51,211 nt of DNA. Origin: Chromera velia (lineage: Eukaryota). Shown here piece by piece: positions 33,976-47,364 of this stretch. The translations under genes were made by a program, and so were the position numbers. Below the pieces are notes generated by a model. That model was not told the origin of the DNA. It made no database searches and saw only the letters and a list, made by a program, of their open reading frames with translations. Numbering within the stretch: the stretch's first letter is position 1; every line of letters begins with the position of its first letter. Where the stretch lies: positions 1 through 51,211 of the forward strand of contig JAHBMJ010000301.1 of assembly GCA_018398765.1 (NCBI GenBank), read 5' to 3'.

Positions 33976-36900
33976 GAGTGGCATCTAGAGTGGTAAGTGG
34001 ATGTAGGTGGCTAAGTAAGTATCTTATACAGTAATATGAACCGCTGTTTGAACGACATGCGCGAGCCTCTTAAACCGTATAGTAAGGATGACTCGGATAT
34101 TAAGCATCTGTACTGCGAAGAAACGGCCCGGCCTTGACGGTGGCCGACGCCACACCCACAGCAAGACAGCCATGCACGCATGCACCTTAGAATGCACCCT
34201 GCACTTCAACATCCATCAATCGCCAAGACGCTGGCCTCTTCAATGAGACTTGCGTCTTAGACCTGTCTTTTGCATTCTATGTATCGATTTGACTCAGAAT
34301 TGCCACTTGTGATTCCTCGAGCCCTTCTGACATCATCTCATGCATGCATGCATCATGATCATCGCACTCGATCGAATACCGTTAAGAGTCTGTGGCGGAC
34401 ACAAAACATCCACACACAACGATTCTTGCTTTCTTTCCAACGTGTATACTTTTTAATCCTTGCTCCACTTTTTGCTTTGCAGCTGCCGCAAGAGCACAAT
34501 GAGGGACAACAAAGAAAGAACAAACACAATTAAAGATGATGCGAAACCTCTTTACCGGTGCCTCTTTACCGGTGCAGCATCATTGTCTCCACCTCTTATC
34601 ATTAAGACTTGCAGACAGACACACACACAGACTGCAGTTAGGAAAGAAGAGTGACAAACACAGGCACTCTCGGTTTCACGCACTCAATCAACACAAAACG
34701 CGCATGCATGACGATGCATGGCAGACGTGGAAGGAAAAATGCACATGGGATCACCGGGAATTCAGGAATTAATGGGACAATGAAATGAAGAGAGAAAAAA
34801 TCCAGAGGCAGGCAAGGGTTACGCTGTTTCCAAGGACATTCCAATCAGTTACCCCATTGAATAATACCCTCTGAGACTCCTCTTCCTCTCCTTTCCCGCC
34901 CTCTTTCTCTTCTCCCCGCTCCCTTCTCTCTCCCCCCCCCCAAGCCTGGGTTGACTCGATCAACTGCGCGTCCATCGAAGCAACGAAATGCGCAAAGAGA
35001 ACGATGACCGCAGGCCCACAAGGGAGTCGATCAAACACATAAACACAGGCAGACAGCGGTGGCTGTCAAGTGGCTTTTCCTCCTCCCTCACTCTTTCTTT
35101 CTGATCAGTTGCTAACCACCTCACTCCCCACCAATTTCTGTACATAGAATTGAGAGAAGTGGAATAGTGACACACATTATGATCGAACTGACAGCAGATC
35201 GGAAGAATGAAAGAAAAAACACAAGCACGCCTTGGTCCTCCCCCTCCTTCCTAGACGGAAAGAAAGGAGGTGCTAGCGGGAGGAGACTCTGCGCTGCAAG
35301 ATAATATTTTTTCTTTTTGACCCCTCCGTCTCCCTCTGATGTTCGTTAGTTCGTCTTTTTTCTCCTGAATTTTCTTTCTGCATGTGATGACAATTTTCGA
35401 CGTGACTGTGACCCATCTCCTCTTTCAGAATACATGGGTGCAAATAAATAAGGCTTCGTCGTCTATGCCCGGACTTGTTTTTCATTCAGCCTGTTCCCTC
35501 CCTCCCTCCCATCTGAATCAATTTCCTTCCTGCTTTCTTACTTGAATCTTCCTTCACGTTTGTTCTTCCACCAACGCCTCCTCGATTCCCTTGACCCAAC
35601 TTTTATTTTCGGGTTCACTCACTCACTCATTGACTCACTGGATTGATTAAATCGCTTTCTTTTCGTGGGCGCTCATGCATGGTCGTGATTCATCAACAAG
35701 TGGCGCGCACAAAGAAACGGACAAGTTCATGGATGGATGAAAGATCATGTCCATACAGTCAACGTGTTGGTGCTTGTATGCAGTTGTTTCTTTCCTTGCT
35801 TCAAATTCGATTCGGTCAATAGAGAAAGGGAGAGACGGGGGAAAGAATCGGAAGGAGCAGTCAGAAACATGGATGAATGAATGCATGCATCTGCCCTAAC
35901 ATTCAAGTACCATCTGTTGATCTCATTCATTTCAAGTCCATCCTCCTCCTTTCTTTCGTTTTTTCCTTCTATCGCTCCTGCATGTTTTCGGCTTCTTCTC
36001 ATCAAATAAGTCAGTCAGTCAGTCTGTCGTGTATCTTCTGTCTCCTCAATTTGCGTTGGAGTTCCTATCTTTGTCTTCTCTGGCTAACGTCTTAGTTGTG
36101 CTCTTATCAGCTCTGCATGATCACTGAGACGAACAGGAAAGGAAAAGCGCTGACACAGGCTGACTCAGTGACTGTCCCAACTGACTTCCCCTGGGCAGGC
36201 AGCAAAACAAAGCAGCTTTCTTTAGCATGAAGACGAACGAACGATGTGGCATGCATCGAAAAATGAAATGGAACGAACGAACGAACGAAAACGGAAAGGA
36301 ACGAAACCGCCCGCCCAGCCACCATCACTCGAGGAGATGAGCGCCCCCCATCTCACAGGGACTTTAGGGCACTGGACTGATCGTTCTTTCTGTTGCGGTT
36401 CCAACAAACAATCCAAAAATAGGAGTAAAGATGTTCCTGCTTCGTGTGTACTCCGGGAAAACGTACAAACAATGCGGGAAATCACCCCAGGTACACACAC
36501 ACACACACAATTCCACTTTTGCAAGCACAGAGAGAAACGGGCCTGTCTGTTCGCTTCTGCAGCGTCGCTTCTTCCTCCTCTTCTTCTCCTTCTTCCTCGC
36601 TTCTTTCCACCTTTTCTCTGTTCTCTTGCACCGCGTGCTTGATTGACCTCTGGCTCCTCGTCAAGTGAGCCGGGGGAAAATGCTCCCCGTCTTATTCAAT
36701 TGAAATGAAGATGTTGCCAAGTCTGCCTGCTGCAACACGCAACATACAACCCACAAGACCGACAGGGTCGAGAGGTAAGGCGAAATGAATTATTATCGAC
36801 AACAGACACAGACAGACAGACAACGGAAAATAAGGGAGCGGCAATCAAAGAATTGCGTGCGTCAGCTGTGGTAAGACTATCACCCAACAGAGCCTGTTGC

Positions 36901-39900
36901 AAGGGACCAGCCAAACTGAAGGAAGGAAGGAAGGAAAGAGTGAGGAGTAAAGAACCGGGCAGAACTACCCAGGCTCCTCCTTCAAGAGAGAAACCGACGG
37001 TTTTGTCTAGCAACAGGCTCGAAACATTTTTGGGCGCGGACAAAAACATGGAATTTGCACGTCTGCACAATCGAAGTCAGAAAGAAAGAAAGAAAGAAAG
37101 AAAGAAAAAACAGGACAGGCCATGTACAGAAGAGAAGGCAAAGAACAGAAACAGGAAGTGAACAAGATACATCTGCGGATGATGTCTCTACTATCTCATG
37201 CCATCGCAGTCTTGCCTTGTTTCAAGACCTCCTCCCTTTTCTTCCCTACTTCAGCGTGCTCACTCTCTCCTCTTTCCCCTGGTTACCTCCAGAGGTCTGC
37301 AGCCCCAAACAAGCCAGGAACGGAAAAACCGCAGCCAGGCTCCAAGAGCACGGCACCAAAAGCCGATGACACCAAGACGAATTGATTTGATGAAGGAAGG
37401 AAATGATTTTTTTTTTCCTTTTTCGTGAGCCGGAAGAGGAGAAAAGGGGGAAGAGGAGGCCGAGAAAAAAAAAATAAAAACACGGCACCTGTAAAAGAAA
37501 AGACAGAACGAGAGCGTCTTACAAAACCACCGGTACTGCAGTCTTCGCTTTGTTCCAAGTGAGTGTATGAGCAGTTGAAAGAAAGTTAACCACCTGATTC
37601 ATTCCGATACAATTCCCTTCGCGCACCAACTTGAGATGAGCTTCACTTCTTCATTGACGCACGCACGCACGTTTGCTAATGCCAAAATGCAAGGACATAC
37701 ACATACAAAAAAAAAAAACTGTCCATTCATCTCTGGCACACATCCATCCATCCATCCATCCATCCATACGTCATTGTGTGAGGGCCAACTGTCGACCGCT
37801 CTGTTCGTTATCATGCACCCCCTTCTCTTCCTTCTCTCTTTCGATCTCTCCCTCATCGCTCGCTCTCCCCTTTTCTCTCTCTGTCTCTTTCTAACTGTTT
37901 TTTCTTGTTGCTTCTCGAGTGAGAAGCCCCCGCTTCCCTCGCACTGCTTTCTTTCTCTTCATGCTGTCTGTCTTTCTGCTCTGTCTGTTCACATGAGTGA
38001 GTGTGCAGTTAGACCGCAGCTGTGCTATATACAAGGGTTGAAGGGGTGAAAAGGCGCACACGAGGCTAGTCGGAAAACGGCAACACGCACACATGAGTCC
38101 ATGCGCCGACTGTCATTCCGACTTGACACCCCAAACCTCCTTCCTCATTCACGTGGATACATACACGAGAAAAGAAGAGAAGAGAAAAAAAACCATCCCT
38201 CCATCCAACCACGCCCTGTGACTTTTCCCTTCACCCAATGCCCCCATTGGACTGGGCTCAGAAGGGAGGGGGGAAAAAGAAGGAAGAAGGAAGAAGACAG
38301 CTCGTGCAGCAACAGCAGGCAGTTTCGCCTTGTTCTTCTGATTTCCTCGCGACAGCGTAAAATACACACACAACAGAATGGTATGGCAATTCAGTGACCG
38401 AAATATCCAAAGAGAGAGGAGAGAGGGAGAGAGAGAAAATGGGAAAGGAAATAAGACAGTAAGAACAGGAAAGGGAAAACCTAATCGAAACACCTCACCA
38501 AGGAGAAGGACGAAAAGAGAAGTCTGACAGACAACAAGAATTCCCTCCTTACAAAGCGACCCGATTGGCCCCTTGCTCGCTCTTCATCATTGTTCTCCCT
38601 AAACCAAACCAAAAACAAGCTTCACACATCCACCCTTCCTCTCTTCTTTTGATCAGATGACCCTCCATGCCCTTCGTGTCTTCCATCTGTTTTCTAATGT
38701 TGCAAGCGCCCAATCCATGCGCAAGCCATGATGCCTATCCCTCCTGGATTCCAACCAAATAATGGCCATTGTGCCTGTTTCATGCTATTGATACAGCCTC
38801 ATCTTTCTCCTTTCTTTGTACATCCCCTCATTCAGACTCTTGATCGTGCTCATGCTGAATGAACACAAAGAAGTCTGCTTCCAGCTCAATACCCAGTCGC
38901 AGAGGAAAGGGGGGAAGAAGAAAACATATCTTCTATCCCCTCCCACCAACCATAAGACTTTTACTTCCAAGAGCTAGAACAGAAGAACCATTCAATCAAT
39001 GAGCGGTGTCCAAATACATCGTGTCTTGATTTGATGGAGCTCTGGTTTCATTTTTGTTTCTTCTGTTCCACACCCATCCCATCCCATCCCATCCTATCCT
39101 CCTTTTCGTGTCACCTAGTCAAGCATCTTGATCGACCTCGTGATCCCCCCCCCCCCCTTCTCTCTGAGGTAGAACGAGAGAAAGCACGGGTGCCAGCTCC
39201 ATCTCTCCTTCCAGCCATCTGCCAACGACGGAGACCGTTCCCCCTGCCAACAACGGAAAAAAGACAGTTGTTACAGCCAGGAAGGAAGGAAGGATGGAAC
39301 ATTCCGGCCGGATCCTCGAGAAGAAAAGGAGGGTGGGGGGGAGTGAGGTAAACAGCCAACTCGCGCATCACAGACCAAACTGCTGATCAAGCCAGACACA
39401 GACAGCAGGCAAGCCAAGTCAGAGGAAGTGAGAATATCAAGCAGAGATAGAAATGGGATCAAGTGAAGTGCGGACAGGCAGGCAGGCACCTTCGTTCCGT
39501 CCCGCTCACCCCTACTCGAACGAACGACCAGAGAAAACTGATGAAGCGGTCGAAGCAGACGGGGGACACGGGGCCATCACACTACACAATGCATGCACCT
39601 CCTTCATGCGCCAGAGACGAAGACCAACGAGGGCAACTAAAGACTAGAACAAAAATAGACTCAACAAAACCGTTTTGGTTTGGCAGAACGAAAACAGCCG
39701 CAGGAGCACGAAAGATAGAGAGGGAGGGTGGGTTGGGTCTGAACAAGACAAGAGGGGACACCAGAGAAGAGAAAAAAGGAAATAGACAATAAACAGACTC
39801 AAAGTTTTACAAAGCGAAAAGGAGAGAGAGGGAGAAAACCAGCGACAGCAATAAGCCACAGCACCGGACCCTGTCCAGGATGGAGAGAGAGAGGATGCCG

Positions 39901-41456
39901 GGGGAAGGAAAGAAAGAAAGGGCAACGGCGCCAACAAAAGAAAGAGGAGGAGGGAGAAGGAGTACGCATGCGCAAATACATGGACACACCAACATACTGA
40001 CTGATTTGGCTTGAATAGACAGACCAAGAATGATAAGGGGGCACAGAGAAGAAAAGAGCGCATCCACTGACAAAAATGCAAGAAGAAAGAAGAAGAGAGA
40101 ACTCCTCCTGCCTCCCAAGCTGACAGGAGGAGGAATCAATTTTTGCCCCCCCGTTTCCTGTCAACCAACTCGTTCAGTCGGCGCAAGAAACGGGAGGGGA
40201 GAAAGGGGATGAAATTTCTGAGAGAGTACACGGGCAAGGGTCTCCTTCTCCATTGTTACCCCCTGTCGATCTTTCTTCTCTCTTCTCTTTGCGGACTGAC
40301 AAGCATATGCACAGACAGTTCTATTATCTCTATCTGCACCATGAGCCCTTCCTGCGATGTGACCGCGAAGGAAACAGAACGAGAGAAAAGAGGCAAAAAC
40401 TCGAGATTTTTGCGTATCCTTTTCTTTCTTCCTGCCTTCTCCCTTCGATCGATCCTTATTTCTCCAGAATACCTCATCGCTTTCTTTCTTTCTTTTTCAT
40501 ATCTGTCCTTCTACCTCAGCAGCTCCATTGTCTGTGGAAGGGCCTTCCTTCCATTCCCTCCTTTCTTTCCTTTTTTCTCTTCTTCCTTTGCTTCAAGATC
40601 TTGCAAGATACAGACTGCATGAGAGAGAAGTATTCCTTCCAAGAGGAAAATGACAGAGAAAAGTGAGAAAAAACGCCCACTCATTCACACAGACAGTCAC
40701 AGGTCGGCCCATCCAGGCACCAGCACTCGTAATAAGAACAGTAAAGAATGACGGAGGGATACGAAGGAAAGAAAGGAGACCAACGTTCCGGGCCAAATCC
40801 ATTAATGCATGAAGGATCGCATGAATAGACAGACAGACAGACAAACAAAAAGACAGGAAGGAAGGGTGGACCCATAACAGTCCGAATCCAAGTCAACCCA
40901 CATTGGAAGGAAGAAGATGGAAGAAAAAATCGATCGGTACATTGACATAGATACGCTTCCGTTTGCTTGTTTCCACCATACGCCCTCCCTAACATCCCCC
41001 TTTCTTTCTCTCTCTCTCTTGCTGATCGGATAACGCATGTAACAAGTGCGTGAGTCCCCCCTTCCCCACGCATCGCTGCAGTGGCCAATCAATCGGAACT
41101 CCGTTCTTCCACGGCCATCCCTGACCACCGCCCCCAGTGAGCCTCGAAAAAATTCCTCCTTCCTTTTCTTCTGGTTGTTTCGACACAGGTCGTCCAAATG
41201 TCTCCTTACTCACTCACTCACTCACCGTCACACTTCACACACATGCAGAGCACCAAACAGGATAAATGGAACACCAAACAGGCAGACACAGACAGACGAG
41301 GAGACGGGTTGATCTATAAACTCTCTGTTTCATTGTCTCAATCAAGTCCTCAAATGAATGGAGGATAAAATAAACTCGTTCATTTTTTCTTTTTCTTGTG
41401 CCGTGGAGACTTTTCCTCGTTTCTCCCTTCCTCGTGTCGCGATGATCAAACCGATC

Positions 41457-41486
<30 letters not shown>

Positions 41487-41489
<3 letters not shown>

Positions 41490-44400
41490 GTACGGGGGGG
41501 GCTCCGCCTCTTCCACAGCGACGATTTTCTCTTCGTAGTCGTACGCCGGGGGTGCCTCCTCATCCTCCGGCCCTGCGCGGGGCGGCATTCCTCCCCTCGG
41601 ACCTCCTCCTCGCATGTGCATGGGGGGACCGTACGGGCCATCAGACTCTGCATAGGGCGGCCGGGGTCCTCGCCCGTGCATGCGTCTCTCTCTCTCTCTG
41701 TCGTATTCGAAGTCGCGTCGGGGGTCGTCCCACGGGTGAGGGGGGTACCCGCCTCCTCTCCGACCGTACCTTTCTCTCTCGTACTCCCGCGGAGAGGGGT
41801 AGTCCGGGTACAGGTCGGGGGAACGGGGTCCCACCGGCCAGGGCGGGTAGTCGTCGTAGCCGTCTCCCCCCATACCTCTTCTGCCATCTGGGTGATAGGG
41901 GGGGTACCGCCCAAATCTCTCACCAGGCTCCCACCCATCGGGCCCTGGGCGTCCTCTCACTCTGGCCCTCCACTCTCCCCAGGCCTCACGGTCGTCTTTC
42001 TCTCTCTCCCACCCGGGGGGGGGCAGGCCTCTGCCGTCTCTGCCTCCCCACATCATACCATCAGGGTCGCGGTCGGAGTACGGTCGGCGCATCTGCATGC
42101 AGGTCGGGGAGGGATACAGAGGTCGCTGGTTTCAAGAAGCCATGCAGGGAGCAGTATACAAGGAAAAGATGGGCAATCTAGCCGAACAAGAGAAAAAACA
42201 TTAATTCCGTACAGAGCGTCATTTTACCTTCTCACGGAAAAGCCACATACATTTCTACAACGCCAAAAGCTGGCAGGCAGAGCAAACACCCCGATAGACA
42301 CAGAACAGTCTGGACGAGGAGGCACACAGTTAGTTGACAGAAGACTCACATGCATCATATCGTCGTGTGGGGGCTCTCCAGACCCGGAGGAGCGGGAAGT
42401 TCTCTTCACGAATCGGCCGTCGAAAGCTGAACGGGAAGGGGCCGCAGTGTTGCCCCTGTCCCCAGTGCTGCACGACCCTCCCTTGAAGAACGGCACGGGG
42501 GGCGCGCCGTTCGAGTGGCCCCACGCTGCAATAAATAAAAGAGAACCCACGGGCCACGAGGGAATTAGTGTCGAGCGCAAAGCGAGAGAGACGACCTCGT
42601 ACTCGTCTCCAAAAGAGAATAAGGTCAACGAAGACGATCGAAAAAAACAGAAGCCAGATTCAAAAAACAAAGACACAACGTGTGTGTGTTCTTTCTCGGG
42701 CCCCACAAAGCAACTCACCGGAAGGGCCGCTCATATCAGAGGTTCTTCGGCTGTTTGCCGACGGTTCCACTCTCACTCCGAAAGTGTTCTTATTCTTTGA
42801 CGCCATAGCAACCACGTGTGCAGGTGCAGCTTTCGCCGCGTCATCTGATTCCTTCTCACTCGGGGGCGGCGGGGGCATCGGGGGTCTCTTCTTTCCGGGG
42901 TCCGATGCCGCCGCTCTGGCGGCGTTCAGTTCTTCGAAAGAGTGCGCGTACGTGCACTGGTTTCCTCTCGCACACGCGAAGCCCTGCATACATGCATACG
43001 CGCACATGCTCTATGTCAATCATGCATGTGAAACACGCGAGGGATGACAAAACGCATCCGCACACCTAGACTGAGATGTCGCAGGCTCTACTCATCCAGA
43101 GAAAAGGACAGCGGAATGGAGAGAACCGACGACAGAAGCACACACAAAAACAAACCACACACACCAACGAACGAACGGACGGACCTTCAGGACCGTGCAT
43201 GCATTCTTTTTCATACAGAATTCCTTTTCACGGAAGATGAGAATGAAAACAAACGGATAGACGGACCTTCAGGACCGAGTAGCAGAGAGATGTCTTTTCG
43301 AGCTCTGGACGGACTCTGCACGCACACGCACCGAGAGAGGGAAGGAGATATACCCACTGTGCACTTACATGCACTTCGACCTAGAGACGTTCATGCAAAA
43401 GCACAAACAAAATTTCTTCATTCTTTCACATGCTTGCAGAATGCAGAATGCGGAGCAGAAGGTTGCACTGATCGAGGATATGCACACGAAACGAAGCTGA
43501 TCAGTCAACCGGTCAAACGATAAAAAATGGTAAGTCTCGTGAGCTCGCTTTCTTGGTCGGACAACCAAAAATCAATCGTATCAAAGGACATTTGCTTTTT
43601 GAGGTCATACAAAATGCTTCCGCCCTCCCAACCAAATATCCATCCAGACGGACCTCAAGTCATCAGTTCCATGGGCAAATCGGCATGCCTCTCCCAGAGG
43701 GCCTGCAAGCACAGCATCGAGTCAATTAAAGCAAATAAGTGGCATACAGACAAGACTGCAAGATTCACCCACACAGATTTACTTTTGTTGTTTGTATGTT
43801 GAGGTCGAAGCTTAGACAAGCAAGGAACGTTTCAGAACCTCAGGCATGCACGTCTGTCTCCCACAAAAGGACTGTGAAAGCAAAGAGAGAAGAATGAGAC
43901 CAGACGGGGAGACCAGGATCAACGAACGAATAAAAGGATGAACACGGGCCGGCAGTACCGCGGTGTGAAACTGCAGCAAACGAAAGGAGCAAGACTTACA
44001 GCTTCCAGAGGCGAAGTGTTTACACCTGCAACCACGTACGCACGCACACAGTCACACCCACAATGTCAACTGTATGAAGTCCGAGAGCATCACCAGAGAT
44101 TGGAGAGACACACATGGATGGATGAAGGACCCCAAGAGGAGCGAACACAGACAACGAAAGCAAAGACAGGAGGAAGGCTCAATGACAGATGAAGTCCTGA
44201 AGAATACGCCGACAAGGGGGAGCAGAATCTCTCCCCTGCCGACGTCACGCTCTACACTGGAGAGCTAAACATGTGGAGAAAGTGTCATGTGACTGACAGT
44301 TGTGTCTTGAACAGAGCTGCCCTCCTGCACAGATCGATTCATTCAAAAGAAAAGAAAGGAAAGCACAGATCGATTCATTCAAAAGAAAAGAAAGGAAAGC

Positions 44401-44871
44401 ACAGATCGATTCATTCAAAAGAAAAGAAAGGAAAGCACAGATCGATTCATTCAAACGAAAAGAAAGGAAAGCACAGATCGATTCATTCAAAAGAAAAGAA
44501 AGGAAAGCACAGATCGATTCATTCAAAAGAAAAGAAAGGAAAGCATAGATCGATTCATTCAAAAGAAAAGAAAGGAAAGCACAGATCGATTCATTCAAAA
44601 GAAAAGAAAGGAAAGCACAGATCGATTCATTCAAAGGAAAAGAAAAGAAAGCACAGCAATGAAAAAGCAGACGAGTCGTGATCTTCGCAAGACGTTTCGT
44701 TCTTCTCTTCACTCCTGTACGCCAAAACCTTCTGTGTAGGTCTTCCTACAAGCAAGACAGTGCATCGATCGCAAAATGAAGGAGGAGAAGCGACTCCATG
44801 TCGACCCGCAGTCGTTTTACGGACAAAAGCAGTTGATTTACTTTGAGGAGACTGGTTGACTGACCATTCAT
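41487..44871 (-). CDS. Tandem CCCH zinc-finger RNA-binding protein with R/G/P/Y/D-rich low-complexity C-terminus
   Basis: Well-supported exons 44025-44000, 43702-43654, 43315-43267, 42983-42719, 42525-42350 and 42092-41487 splice in phase to CKHFASGSCPLGEACRFAHGTDDLRVRPELEKTSLCYSVLKGFACARGNQCTYAHSFEEL (two CCCH fingers). The 5' micro-exons 44871-44865, 44745-44729 and 44069-44062 (MNGRPTQKLTL) are tentative. Confidence 0.8.
44327..44656. repeat. 36-bp minisatellite, 9 copies plus a partial, probably intronic
   Basis: Unit gcacagatcgattcattcaaaagaaaagaaaggaaa starts at 44327, 44363 ... 44615; few substitutions, no spacers. Confidence 0.95.
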
Positions 44872-45379
44872 AGCTCAAATGATCGAGTCCGGCTTCCTCC
44901 ATATTCATGTGTTCGTTTGTAGAGTTTTGGAACAACTTTACACAGCGTATGTTCTGTGTCAACTTATCTCAGACGCACACCCAAGAAATGACCAAAGTGA
45001 GACAGAACCGCAGTTGGCTATCCGTCTCTTCCTTGCTGACGTAAGGAACGAACTCAATCGCGTAGTTCGATCTGTCGCGATGTCAGCAGAGCGCTCTCGG
45101 ATCCTATCGATCGATTTGTAAGGTCTTGGATTGAATACACAAACTGTCCAGTCTTCACGAGTCAGACAGAACAGATAACACAGGACGAAGTTAAGCTGAT
45201 TAGTCACCGAAGACTAACTTGGTACCCGGTACTTCGCTGATCTGTACACTCAGCACCAGGCTAACAGATCGAAACTGACAGATAAGGCCAGAGTATCACT
45301 CAACACTGATTGATGTACGAAGAAAAGATTCACTGAAGGCGTAACCTCCCAAGAAAAGTAGCAGACTTCGAACGAAATC

Positions 45380-45600
45380 TGTGCATGAAGAGGTTCCCTT
45401 AATTTTTTGCCGACGTGTCGTCTTGTCGACTTCGCCAGCGCCTGGCCCCGCAAAGCGAAAAAGTTTGAAATTGGGCATGTCTTTTGTCTTTCCGGGACAT
45501 TTTTCGGGCCTTCCGGGACCGCGCGCAAACGCGAAGACAAGTCCGCAAAAACGCCTTCCGGGCCCGCGAGAATCGATCTGTCCGACCGACCGCCGGATTT
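45380..45600. promoter_or_regulatory. Putative bidirectional promoter core between the two CCCH genes
   Basis: CpG-rich patch with gtgcatg, ccgcgcgcaaacgcg, ccgcaaaaacgc and short A/T tracts, similar to 7945-8105 and 18875-19012. Confidence 0.4.
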
Positions 45601-46014
45601 GATTTGACAGACCTGGATCCTTGTCTTCAAGCTTCCGCTTTCTAAAATTGCAATGGTTCTCACGTACTCTCACTTCATTATCTGTACACACGCAAGTACC
45701 TTGGCGAAGTAACGCTGGATGGTCCTTTCCATCACCGGTTGAAAGGATGGAACTTTGCGAGCGACTCTGTTGAAGTTCGGGAACTCAACTGCAGTCTCCT
45801 CTAACACTCTTACCACTAACACTAGCTCTGTCTATCTGTATCGCATCCGATGAGCATTTTGAGTGTCGACAGTTGACTGGCCGTCGTCCTCAGGCGTCAT
45901 CGCTCTGGTCCTTCCAGATCTTCTGCCCCGGCAGGAGTGGGAAAGGGTCCTTTTTTCGACTGAATCCGTAGTACACATACGTGCGTCCAGACTGAGAGTC
46001 AGATAGAAAGACGA

Positions 46015-47324
46015 ATGACGTCCCATATAAAGCAACCTCCGCCTCCTCGCCCCCCTCAGCAGCAAGAACAACAGACTGGTTCACCAGAACTGCAGCCGGA
46101 GCAGCAGCAGTCGTCTGGTGGCGGGAGCGCTGCAGCTGCAGCTGCCGGGGTGACGAAGGATCAGGTGAGACTCGGGGCGGGTGGGGGGAGACTGTTCAAA
46201 TGCACGTCTGCGACTGCTCTGCAGCCACTTTGAGAGAATGCTTCTGCTCGCGGATGGTTTGTCCGTCGCCATTTTGTGAAGCAAACTCTTATCATTCTGT
46301 CGCAACCTCTCAGTCCCTCCATCCTGCCCGCTTTCCTTTCTTTATTCCGGGTTTTCTCGCAGGTGCGACTTCAGTTACTCTTCCCGAGCCCCCCCCTTGC
46401 GCGTTCTGGTCTTCTACCATACGCGTGTGTTCAGTTTTCTTTCGCTGCCCTCCTGTCTTCTTACTTTCCTAACGGGAAGTGCTGGATCTTTCTCCTTTCT
46501 TCAGTGTGCTCACCTCCGCTTAATTTCTGCTCTGTTTTCTCCTCTCCCCTCCCCTCCTTTCTTGTCGTTTCCCTGCAGTGGTACAAAACCAAGGTTGGTC
46601 CGTCAGGGTGCCTGTGTGACGACGCTGTCGCTGCAGTGTTGCAGACTCAAAGATGTGCAGACAACACGACAGAAACACAGAGAGGCAAACGGATAAAACG
46701 TCAGACGCGCGGACAGAATATGAGTAGAGTTGAAGCAGGAGACATGCATTGGAAAGACGTGGAGCTCACAGGCAGACGGGCGGGGAGCACTTTCTCTGGA
46801 TTCGCCGGAGCGAGAATCATCGTGTCGAAAAGAAGAAAGACTCAGCTTTTGAGACGCCCCTTTGTGTGTGTGTGTGTATGTATGTATGTGTGTGTGTGCA
46901 TGGTGCTACCTGTGGTGTTTGTGCAGATGTGTCCGTTTTTTGAGAGAGGGCGGTGCTACTATCAGGACTCGTGTTGCTACGCTCACAGCGACGCTGAGCT
47001 CCGTCCGCTCCCAGACTTGAATAAGACTTCTCTCTGTAAGAAGTTTGCAAAGGTTCGTCGGCTGTATTGTTTGGATTCGATCTCTCATCATATTTGTGTG
47101 TTCGTTTCTTTTTTTGTTTATTTCTTTCTCTCTTTGTTTCTTTCGTTTTCTTCCGTTCTCTCTCGGCTTCTCCCCGCACCTCAAACGCCCTTCGTACTTT
47201 TGCGCGCACGCATCACCTGTCTGGTCCTGACAGAAACGTTCACCTATGTATGTTTCCGCCCCCACATCTATGTGCGCTTGTCACGGGGGGCGGGTGGGGG
47301 GGTTCTGCTAGGATGTCCCTTTAT

Positions 47325-47364
<40 letters not shown>

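Noticed and set aside
34000..41400. Many short ORFs in a 7.4-kb microsatellite-rich stretch
   Set aside because: No phase-consistent exon chain or recognisable domain was found. It could be a long UTR, lncRNA or a micro-exon gene that I cannot resolve.
41358..42800. 480-aa plus-strand ORF
   Set aside because: Antisense shadow of the GC-rich exons of the minus-strand CCCH gene; it crosses introns and has no recognisable motif.
44327..44656. 36-bp repeats resembling a CRISPR array, and the ORFs over them (LNESICAFLSFL, HRSIHSKEKKGK)
   Set aside because: Units are directly adjacent with no unique spacers, there are no cas genes, and the context is eukaryotic. The ORFs are by-products of a stop-free 36-bp unit.
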